NCBI RefSeq assembly: GCF_036321535.1
Contig: NC_087446.1
Location: forward strand, 58,342,001-58,406,000
Source: Camelus dromedarius
Lineage: Eukaryota
Length of the DNA: 64,000 bases
Direction: 5' to 3'
Below the pieces are notes generated by a model that ran no database searches, was not told where the DNA came from, and worked only from the letters and a program-made list of their open reading frames with translations. The position numbers and the translations under genes were made by a program. Position 1 is the first letter of the stretch. Every line of letters starts with the position of its first letter. Positions 1-14,600 of this stretch are shown in pieces.

Positions 1-145
1 ATTCAAATGAGGAAACAAATTCAGAGAATTTGTGTTTCTAGTGCAAGGCCATATAGCTAGTGAGCTGCAGGTTTGGGTTTGAACCCAGGTCTTTCTGATC
101 CCCATAATCAAATTCCTAACTTCTATACTATTTTGCTACCATTGA

Positions 146-166
146 TTTTTTTGTGTGTGTGTGTGT
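146..166 (+). repeat. T7(GT)7 microsatellite in the STAT2 exon 12 acceptor tract
   Basis: Read directly: TTTTTTT GTGTGTGTGTGTGT, ending 12 nt before the exon start at 179. Confidence 0.95.
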
Positions 167-178
167 ATTTCTTTTCAG

Positions 179-4980
<4,802 letters not shown>

Positions 4981-5707
4981 GAACTACGTTTCTTCTGTTA
5001 TCTCCTTATGTTTTGCCTATCCTACCCCTCACATCATGAGGATGTGAAATCAGGCATGTGCCCCTTCAAAGCTGGATTAACCCTGGGATTTGGAATGAGA
5101 GGTGGACGCATAATATGGGTAAGGAAGAGTCACCAATGAATCAGAACAGATGTTGGCCATAGTTCCAACAAGGATCCTGGAGGCTGCCTGCTGTGCTGGG
5201 AGGTATAGGGATTCGGGGGCAGGCCAGGACAGTTCAGAGGTACTTGGAGGGCTCAGGGCAGTGGCTTTTTAGTATGGAAGGATTTCAACATTTTTGTAGC
5301 TGATAAGGCTAACCTGGTGCACACTTCATCTTCCTGGGATGCCCTTTCTGCTCAGAACTTCTGATCCTGTAGTGATTGGGACTACTGTCTTTGGTGAAAT
5401 ATATACTCTTGGCTAAAAAAGCAGGGAAGGAAACCCTGGGTCAAGGAGCAAGAGGGCCACACTTCGGAGCCCTGCTTCCTAATCACAACCTTCTGTGATC
5501 TCATTCAACTTGCTTAGCCATATAGGGATTAAGGCCAAAAAGATCCCATTTACTCTATATCCCAGGGAGTCATGAGGAAAGATCCCTCTCCACCATAGCC
5601 CTGCAGAGTAGAAGGCTATATTTTGTAGTGCTTTGGCCCTGTTTTTCCATTTTTTCTTTTTCCCAACAAGCCTAGAAAGTAGACTCAGATATCCACATAA
5701 ATAAGTC

Positions 5708-5713
5708 TTTATT
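5708..5713 (-). terminator. IL23A polyadenylation signal, downstream of an AU-rich 3' UTR
   Basis: TTTATT on + (AATAAA on -) about 280 nt after the stop; ATTTA pentamers on - at about 5736-5749 and 5810-5814. Confidence 0.8.
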
Positions 5714-5995
5714 GAAAAAAGTACATAATTCATTATAAATATAATAAATAATCCTCCTCCCCAAACCACTATGAGGATCAATAATCCCCAAATTTCCCTT
5801 CCCATGTAATAAATATTCAACCTTGTCCTAAGGCAGCATTGTAAGTCAGTCAGTATTGGTAATTTTTCAACAGAGCAAGTCCCCATAAAATTACTAAACT
5901 GATTAACTTGTGGGCTCACAGGTGTCTAGGCTGATAGATTCGTTGTAGCATTGCTGAGCCATGGAGGTCTGGGTGCCACCCTTAAGCTGTTGGAT

Positions 5996-7392
5996 TTAGG
6001 GGCTCAGGGTTGCTGCTCCATGGGCAAAGACCCGGGCAGCTACAGCCACAAAGGCCTGGAGGCTGCGAAGGATCTTGAGGCGGAGAAGAAGACGCTGCCA
6101 CGGCTGGCTGGGACTAGGGCTTGGAGTCTGCTCAGTCTCCCAGTGGTGACCCTCAGGCTGAAAGGACACAGGACACAATCAGAGAGGATTCTAGATCCTT
6201 CAACCCCCAGGCCCTGACACCTGCAAGCCCTCCCCACCCCAGATCCCTAGCTCATACCTGCAAGAGTTGCCTGAGGCCCAGCAAAGAGGCATGAAGCTGG
6301 CCCACAGGGCCATGGGGGAACAGAGAAGCCTCCCCGGTGAAAATGTCTGAGCCCAGCAGCTTCTCGTAAAAGACCAGGCCTTGGTGGATCCTTTGCAAGC
6401 AGGACTGGGCAGAAAAGAAAGCCATGAAAAACACCAGATACCTTCTAATCACTCTATTTACCGAAGACCCATCTGATGTTTGCCATTCTTAGGCATGGCT
6501 GACACCTGAATATTTGCGTCCTCACAGAATTCATATGACCCCCAGCATGATGGCATTAGGAGTTTGGACCTTTGGGAGATAATTAGGTCATGAGAATGGA
6601 GCCCTCATGAATTGGATTATTGCTCTTATACAAGAGACCCACAGAACTCCCTAATCCCTTCCACAACGTGAGGATACATGAAGTCTGCAACCTGGAAGAG
6701 GGCTCTCACTCAGCCATGCAGGTACCCTGATCTCAGACTTTCAGTCTCTAGAACTGTGAGAAATAAATGTCTCTTGTTTATAAATTACCCTGTCTGTGGT
6801 TGGTGGTTATGGAAGGCTGAATGGACAAGGACAAATACAACTTTTACAAATTCACCACGGTGTCCAGTTCTGTCCCCAGTCCCCTCTTCCTTGTGGCTCA
6901 GCCTCATCTTAGTACCTGACTGTTGTCCCTGAGTCCTTGGGGATCACAGCCATCCCCACACTGGATATGGGGGACACCATTTGTAGTTTCATCTTCTCCC
7001 TCTTCTCTTGGTAGATCCTGGAATGGAGGAGGGGGTAGAAGAATGAAGAAATAATTACTTTCAAACCCCACCTGGATTCTCAGGCCCTGACTCCCCCTGG
7101 AACCCAACCCCCTTGTCCTCTTTTACCCCTTCAACCCTCCAGCTTCCACCCCAGGCCACAGAGTCTTCCACTGCAGCCTTGGAGAGTTTGGATGGGCTCC
7201 TGTTTGGTCCCAGAGGCTGCCACTCACCACATGTCCCATTGGCAGATGTGCACTCCAGGCCAGCATGCAGAGCTGCTGTGAGAGCTGCTGGCCCTGAACC
7301 CAGGCAGGGCTGTTGCCCTCCGGCACAGCCCGGCCCTGAGTGGTCCAGGGCAGCACCAGCAGCAGCAGCATCACAGCTCTGCTTCCCAACAT
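5996..7392 (-). CDS. IL23A: Interleukin-23 subunit alpha (p19), 4 exons, 191 aa
   Basis: Exons 7392-7228 ([20 protein letters not shown] signal peptide), 7017-6916 ([10 protein letters not shown]), 6404-6258 ([21 protein letters not shown]), 6157-5996 ([10 protein letters not shown]...[10 protein letters not shown]). All introns are phase 0 with GT-AG ends. Confidence 0.98.
6497..6833 (+). mobile_element. ERVL-MaLR solo LTR (MLT1A-like) in IL23A intron 2
   Basis: Matches recalled MLT1A consensus blocks: AATTCATATG, TTTGGGAGATAATTAGGTCATGAG, CCCTCATGAAT, AGAACTGTGAGAAATAAAT...TGTTTATAA. Confidence 0.85.
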
Positions 7393-7608
7393 CTTGTTGC
7401 CTGCTTCTCAAATCTGGCTGGCTCCGTGCCTTGCAGTCCCTGTGGAATCTCTATTCACTTCCCCTTGCTCTGAGCCTGATTCTCTCTGTTCTGGTGTGTC
7501 TCTGGTTTGGTTCCCTCTGTTGTGCACCAAGTTTCTGAGCTGCTTCCTGTAGATTTTCTCCCCTTGTCTGAGTCTCTTTTTAAGATCCCTGCATTGGAAG
7601 ACCCGCCC

Positions 7609-7647
7609 TTTATACTAGCAGGTGACTCACAGCAGGTGGGATTCCCC
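7609..7647 (-). promoter_or_regulatory. IL23A core promoter: TATA box, AP-1 site, proximal NF-kB site
   Basis: TATAAA on - at 7609-7614; TGACTCA 7623-7629; GGGATTCCCC 7638-7647 (GGGGAATCCC on -). Confidence 0.8.
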
Positions 7648-9339
7648 TCCCTGCATCATCCCCCTCCGTGGGGAGCCCAGGTATGCAGCCTCAGTCCCAG
7701 GGGAAATGAGTCGTGTGGTTGCTGTGGCTGGAGGCCTGGGATGAGACTTATGTGTAATGCTCTCCAGGAATCTAAGTGGCTGCGGGGTGGGGGGGGGGGG
7801 TGGAGTAGGAGTAACGAATATTTAAATGAATCAAGTCTCAAGTTCCTTCCTGTTTAACCTTTCCCTCATCTTTTTGCCTCTCAAAGCTATATTCTCCCTC
7901 CCTTCAAACCAACTCTGATTTCCTCACCTCCTCCTGCCTGAGTTAAAAACCAAAAGAGAAGCATTCATTTATCTCGCAATAGAATGGCAAGTTCAGTTTG
8001 GAATGAAGTTTGGTTCCCACCTGATGCCCTCAACCTAAGAAAAAAGGGGCTTCTTTTTCTCTGTTGGGAGCGTTGTTTTTTCCACTAGGAGAGAATGGAT
8101 AAGAAAACACTTTGTGAACTGGGAAGCCACATAAGTTCAGCATAAGGTATTATTGCTCCCTCACTTCAGGTCTCACTCTGGAGGCTAGAGGGCTGCTGGA
8201 GAGAGAGCTGTGGCTAAGAACCAACTGATTCTTCAGCCTTCGTGGCTCAAGTGTCATGGGCTCTGTGGGATTCAGGTGATTTTGTGGGGGTGGGGAACAC
8301 CAGTGTAAGCAAAGGCTAGAAATCCAACTTAGATACTTCAGCACCCAGTCCCTTCCCCATGGCTAGGAAGTCTGGGAGTTCTGCGTAGTTGAAGGTGCAC
8401 AGTGTCAATGACCCTGGCTGGTCCTTTAGCCTGTTGCATCCATGGGTAAAATCCGCTGACACTGATTTCATCACCATCCCTGATGCAACATTCAGTGAAA
8501 CAGCTGAGAGTGTGAGGTCGGGTGTGGGAGTGGAGGGTGGTCTAAATCTGGGACTGCCCCAACCCCAGTGGAGGGTCCCAGGACAATTTGGACGTCAGAA
8601 TGAGGCCATGGATGACCACACAGATGGCTCCCAAAGCCTTCCCAAGAGGTTGACCCTTTTTCTCTGAGAAATTTACCCTTGATAGAAGTCTTCCTTCCCT
8701 TAGGACTATGTAAAACTGCCCAATGAAACTTCTGATTCAAATATGACTCTGTGGTAAATCCACTCTTTGGATAAACATTTCCAGCATCAGAGAGGTTATC
8801 TCAGTTTGAGTGAGAAATGGTTTGCCTCTTCTTACATCGGTGGATACACACGGAATAAAGACATTGGAGGTGGGGTGTGGGAGGGGGAAGGGGAGATCAC
8901 CTCACTTTTGTATAATGTCTTCCATGCTTTTACCACCTCTGGTTCTCATTCTGGGAGCCCTTTAGGATAGGAGATGGAAGGTGAAAAGGAGGAGGAGGAA
9001 GTGGAGCCCTGGGGGATGGGATGAGAGGGACAAGGGTGAGTTGGAGGCACGGGGCTTTGTTTCACTTCCTGGTGCTTAGGGAGCTGGGTAGGAAGCAAGA
9101 GTGGTGGGGCGACTGTGGGACTGTTGTGTGACAGGAACTACTTCCAGGACTAGATCTGACCTGAAGCTGCAAGGAGACCTTGACGTCAGCAGGACCTCAA
9201 CCGTTATGCAAATTACATTGACAAGACACTCCCATGCAGGCCTTTCCAGTTGGATGTCCAGATGCTAAATCCAGCTGAAGTTTCCCCAGGTGGTTAAAAT
9301 TATGGCTTATACCCAACTCTCACTTTATGTCAAGTACTT

Positions 9340-9520
9340 GATTTAAGCACTTTTCACGTATTAACCCATTTAATTTTCACAACCACCCAGTGAGATAGGT
9401 ACCATTATTATCCCCGTATTACAGATGAGGAAACTGAGATGCAGAGATAAGTAACTTGCTCAAGATCACAGAGCTACTAAGTGGCCAAAATTATACTGCA
9501 GATTTCAGAACCTGCATTCT
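9340..9520 (-). mobile_element. MIR
   Basis: CCCCGTATTACAGATGAGGAAACTGAGATGCAGAGATAAGTAACTTGCTCAAGATCACAGAGCTA. Confidence 0.8.
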
Positions 9521-10599
9521 TGGTCATTCCATTATATTGGACTATGTGAGGCGACACAGCATCTTAATAAAGCAGCTCATTTAGCCCAGGTATCCTTGGT
9601 ATCTCAGGCTCTGTTATTCTCAGTGTGACGTCTTTCTTAATTTGAGACTTCAATATGGACATTTCTAAAGATGAACTGGCTCTGTCTCTCAGCACTGGTC
9701 TTTTTGGGAGACTTTAAATCTAGGGACCTGTGAAGTCAGCTGAGTTTGAGAGACCTTCTGAGTTAAGGTGTTTCTCCATCTATGATCTCTGAATAAGCCT
9801 AAGACCTGTCTGAGTCCTGGAAATTTAAATTATTGGATTCTTTTATGAAGGTCTATTTACCAGTCTTTATTGAGAGAGAAATGCTTTAAACTGTATCCTC
9901 TATAAGGAATTCCTTTCACCAAAAAGGCCCTCTCTGTGGCCTTTAGAAACTGAGCTAAAAAGCCCCAGAGACATCTAACAACCTGGATCTATTCCAAAGC
10001 AGTTCAAGCTCAGAGCTAGACTCCAAGAATTCCTCAGAGTTAGTGTTGACGCTAAACTTGTAAGAGCTGGAGGAATGCAAGTATCTCAATTTGCCCTTCT
10101 CCGCCCCTCTGAGGAATAACGTCCAGCTCCACGAGCTAGGGGAACTTGATAGCTGAGGATTCCCGTTCCCTGAAAATATTACCGGGGCCTCTAAGGAGGG
10201 AATAATCACAGATGGGAGTTTCAGACCGTAAAAGATGCATCTACTTGGGCCGTGTTAGGAGGCTGCCTCCCGCTTCCTTTTTTCTCTCCCATGCTTGGAA
10301 ATGATAGGAAATGCCGGCGAGTTTCGGGGGTAACAGAGACGGAGGTGGCGGAGCGCTCACAAGAGCACCACAGGAAGAGGGGGTGGACTGGGCCATACTG
10401 GGAATACCCAGCAGTCGATTCCCAATGCTTTGGCTTGGGCTCCCCTTATTCTAGTTTCTAAAGCTATAGGGAGCATGAAGAGTTGGTTTCCAAGCCTAGG
10501 GCTAATTTTGTTCAAAGGAGGACTAGAAGAGAAGAGGTTACTGTCTAACGAGACCAAACACGGACAGAGGCTGACTCCGTTTGTCCTCAATTGCGTCCC

Positions 10600-10900
10600 G
10601 TAGCTCGTTTTTGCCCAGCTTCCGCGTCATACGTCTTCTCGCGGGGCGGGGTTAGGGGGTGTTTGCGCGCTCACACTGTACCTGGCTCCTTCCGATTGGC
10701 TGAGGTGAGCCCCTAGCCCTTTCTGATTGGAAGCTGTCACTGGGAGTGCGCCCTCTTTTCCGTCGTAGAGTTTGGTTGAACCTGAGGCGCGGGGGAGAAT
10801 TGGGGAAACTGGAATTTCCCGCGGAGCTGACGGCGCTTGCTCTCCCCCTACTCGTTTTAATTCCACGCGCTCCAAAATATCCGCCATGGAGAAATCTTGG
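10600..10900 (+). promoter_or_regulatory. PAN2 CpG promoter and non-coding exon 1
   Basis: CpG-rich; GC box; two inverted CCAAT boxes (ATTGG 10695-10699 and 10726-10730); CCGCCAT YY1-like motif about 10881; donor TTG|GTAATG at 10900. Confidence 0.75.
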
Positions 10901-11648
10901 TAATGACCCAATCCCCGTAAACATCCCAGGAACACATCTGACCCCTACCCTAATCCCTCCTCTCCCCGCTGCCGCCGGGGGAGAATTATGGGTAATTGAT
11001 TTTTCTGGTTCCCCAAGAGAATTCTGGGTAACTAGCTATTTCCATCACGTCCCCCCACCTCCGCCCCAATTGTGGGTAGATGGCCATTCTTATTTTCCCT
11101 TGGAGAATCCTGGGTAACATTGCAGAGGATTCTAGGAAACTGACTTCTCTTGTACTCACCTCTCAACCACCCACCCCCACCCCTAATTCTGGGAAACAGG
11201 CACTTTAGCTCCCTCTACCTAACTCCTACCCCTGCAGTTGCTGCTCCTTCCACTGTTGGTTCAGGAATGAACCAGGCAATGGGAGGCCTGAAGGGAGGTG
11301 AAAGGGAAGTCAAGGATTAAGTTAGCTATGGGGTGGTGGGGAGTACAGAGTGCCTAGAGAAGAGGAAGGGGCAACAGTTCTACCTCTACCCGACTTCCCA
11401 GCCCCTTCCTGCCTGCTTCATCCCCTGCTTAGCATTCTCACATCTGCCTGTTTCATCTCCCTCCTGCTGGTAAAACCTAGAACATACTAAATACAAGTAC
11501 CTCGTCCTACCCCTGACTCAGCTACCTCTTTCCCTTTGCAGGTCAGGATGTCCATTCTAGGTCCACTGGTGCCATCCTGCTGAAGGTTGGGTCAGGCATC
11601 CAAAGGGGCTGTGGCAAGGGAGGGTGTGACACAGGTCTAACCTGCTGC

Positions 11649-11649
<1 letters not shown>

Positions 11650-11679
<30 letters not shown>
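11650..11679 (+). repeat. (ATC)10 trinucleotide repeat abutting the PAN2 start codon
   Basis: GCC(ATC)10ATGAAC read directly. Confidence 0.97.
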
Positions 11680-11681
<2 letters not shown>

Positions 11682-14600
11682 GAACTTCGAGAGCCTGGAC
11701 CCTGGACTGGCAGAGTATGCCCCGGCCATGCATTCTGCCCTGGATCCTGTCCTGGATGCCCATCTGAACCCAAGTCTGCTACAGAATGTGGAGCTGGACC
11801 CGGAGGGAGTGGCCTTAGAGGCTCTTCCTGTCCAGGAGTCAGTGCACATAATGGAAGGTGTCTACTCTGAGTTGCACAGTGTGGTGGCTGAAGTGGGTGT
11901 GCCTGTCTCCGTCTCCCACTTTGACTTGCACGAGGAGATGCTGTGGGTGGGAAGCCATGGGGTAAGAACTGTACCCCTTTGTAAGGTCTGAAAGGAGATG
12001 TTGGAGGTCTGTTCTCTGGTTTTAGCCCAAGGACAGCTGCTTTGCAGGAAGCCAGAACTAAGTTGAGGTGACAAGAATTACCTGGGTCTCTTAAGTCAAG
12101 CCAAGAGGAGGGGAGTGGAGGGAGAAGGAGGGAGTCATAGGATCCAGAGGTGGGTTACATAGGTGTTCTTATTCAGAAGGCATCGCAATTCTACCGCAAT
12201 TTGCCCATTCCATGCTTTGATTTATCTTGATAACCATACCCATCAGTTAGCCTATAGCCATACAAATCCAGTCTCTAATGCTCCTCCTCTGTTTTCCATT
12301 TTTATAATTATATAACATTTAACACATATTTCTGCAACATGGAATCATTTTGTCTTCTCTGGCTGATTTTAATGTCTCTGAGAGCAGTTATCATTGTTAA
12401 TTTTTTAAAATGTGTATCCATATTGCCAGTTTGCTAGGGAGCGCAAAGATTTTTTAAGAAATAGCATGGTATCCTTGGTTTATTAATTTACCTACCATAC
12501 GGTGTGAATTGTTTTTCCATTGGAAGCAATGAAGTTTTTTGGTAGTACATTCATTTCAATAGGCAGTGTCTACTGCTAGGCTAGGCCCAGGGAATAAAGT
12601 GGGAATAAAACATAATCCTTGCCCTCAAGGGATTCACAGGACAATGGGGGGTGTGGGGAAGAAAAACATGAACAGATAATTTTATGGCATTTAAAAGAAA
12701 TTAAAGTGTTTCACTTAATAATTATGAATTTAGGATTTAAACTAGTAAATACCAGTGTGAAAATATGTACTGGGTGTTGGTGAGCATAGCAGAGGATCAG
12801 AGGATCTCCAGAAGGAAGTGACACCTGAGCTGAGTCTTGAGAGATGAGTAGGAGTCAGGTCAAGAAGAGGGGGAAATGCTCTCTTGGCAAAAACAGTGGG
12901 ATAAACAATGATTCCCAAGGTATTACACAGCAGGGTGATTGAAGAGTGTGGGAACTACAAGCAAGTAGGGTTTATTGGATGGGAAGCTGAAGCTAAAGAG
13001 TTAGACATGTCTTCATTCAACCAGTGCTTTTTGAGTACCTAATAGGTGCCAGACCTTGCTTTGGGGTCTAAGTTTGGAGTAAGCATTTAGAAAGGCAACA
13101 AAAATACCTTTATGATACATCAGGTGTTGCTTAATATCCTTAAAAAAATAAAGTGGATTAAGAGGGTTGAGATATTGAAAGGTGGGAGATGTTGCTATTT
13201 TAGGTAGTTGGTCAGGGGAGGTCTCTCTGATAAAGTCATATTTGAGTAGAGACCAGAGTGCAGGCCAGGATGTCTATTTTAATCCCGTCTAGAAGGGAGA
13301 GAGGAATCCATGCTGACTTCTGGGGGAGAACGTTCTGGAAAACCTCATATGCTGTGTTAAAAGAGCTTGGACTTGAGCCTTCAGTCCACTGAAGATTTTT
13401 ATCCAGAATGGCAAGGTCTGGTTTGCATTTTGGGTGGAGTGCTGAAGTAGCAGTATACAGTTTGACTTAAGGGGGATGGGTCAGGATTCAAGTCAGTTTG
13501 CAGGATATTGTAGGAATTCACATAAAATACGATGGAGGCCTGAATGAAGCACTGTAGAGATTTATTCATGAGAACTGATTTGGGAAATATTTAGGAAGTA
13601 AATAAATAAGACTTAAGTCAGCTACCAGTGACTTACTCCTGGGTAGATCATGGTACCATAGGGAATATAATTAGGAAGAATTGAAATGGTGAATTTGATT
13701 TAGGATGTGGGGAGTTGGGGTTCTTATGGGATATCCAAGGAGAGATGTTTAGTAGGAATTTGGATGTGTAAGTCTGAAGCTTGAGGCAATGGTTCGGGCT
13801 AGGGAAGGAAATTAGGATTCATCAGCTTTAAGATGAATGGTTAAAAACTTGAGATGGGGTGAGATTACCTAAGAAGACCAAGTAGAGTGAGAAGATAGTG
13901 GGCTGGGAATAGCCATATTTCAAGAGGGGTCATAAGGGTTGCACATAAGGAGAAGGTATGAGCTAAGAGTCAGGAGTGAAACCAGGAGTGAATGATGTCA
14001 TAGGAGCCAAGGGTGGAATGAGTTTCACATTCTCTCTGCTGTAGTCTGACCCACAGTATACACTTGCCACATGGATTTAGACTTGACTGTGGAACATAAG
14101 AAAGCCAGCTGGCCAATAGAGGATTGGACCTGTGTCCTTGACCTTCTGAACACTGTTACATAACCAACTGAGCCATTAGCTATTCAGCAGGGTCATTGTG
14201 AGGATAAAATGAAGTAGAGTTTACAAAAGTACTCTGTAAAGTATTAAACAAACATAAGATAATATTATCAGTGTCGTTATCACTAACATTGGTGCCCAGC
14301 CTTATACCTTGGTCACTGCCAGCCAGAAAGGCCAGGCAAGAATGGAGAAAAACTGAGCAATGTCCAGTCTCTGATTTGTATCTGGGATGGCCCTTCCCCT
14401 CCACTCAAGTTGTCTCATCTTTTCATCCGTTACAGGGCCATGCCACTTCATTTTTCGGCCCAGCTTTGGAGCGCTACTCATCCTTTCAAGTCAATGGCAG
14501 TGATGACATTCGGCAGATCCAGAGCCTGGAGAATGGCATCCTTTTTCTCACAAAGAACAACCTCAAGTATATGACCCGTGGGGGTCTCATTATATTTGAT

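Noticed and set aside
6678-6932. 84-aa ORF in IL23A intron 2
   Set aside because: Lies within the MaLR LTR; no coding signature.
11557-11849. Minus-strand ORFs with poly-Asp or poly-Met
   Set aside because: They are translations of the (ATC)10 repeat antisense to PAN2.
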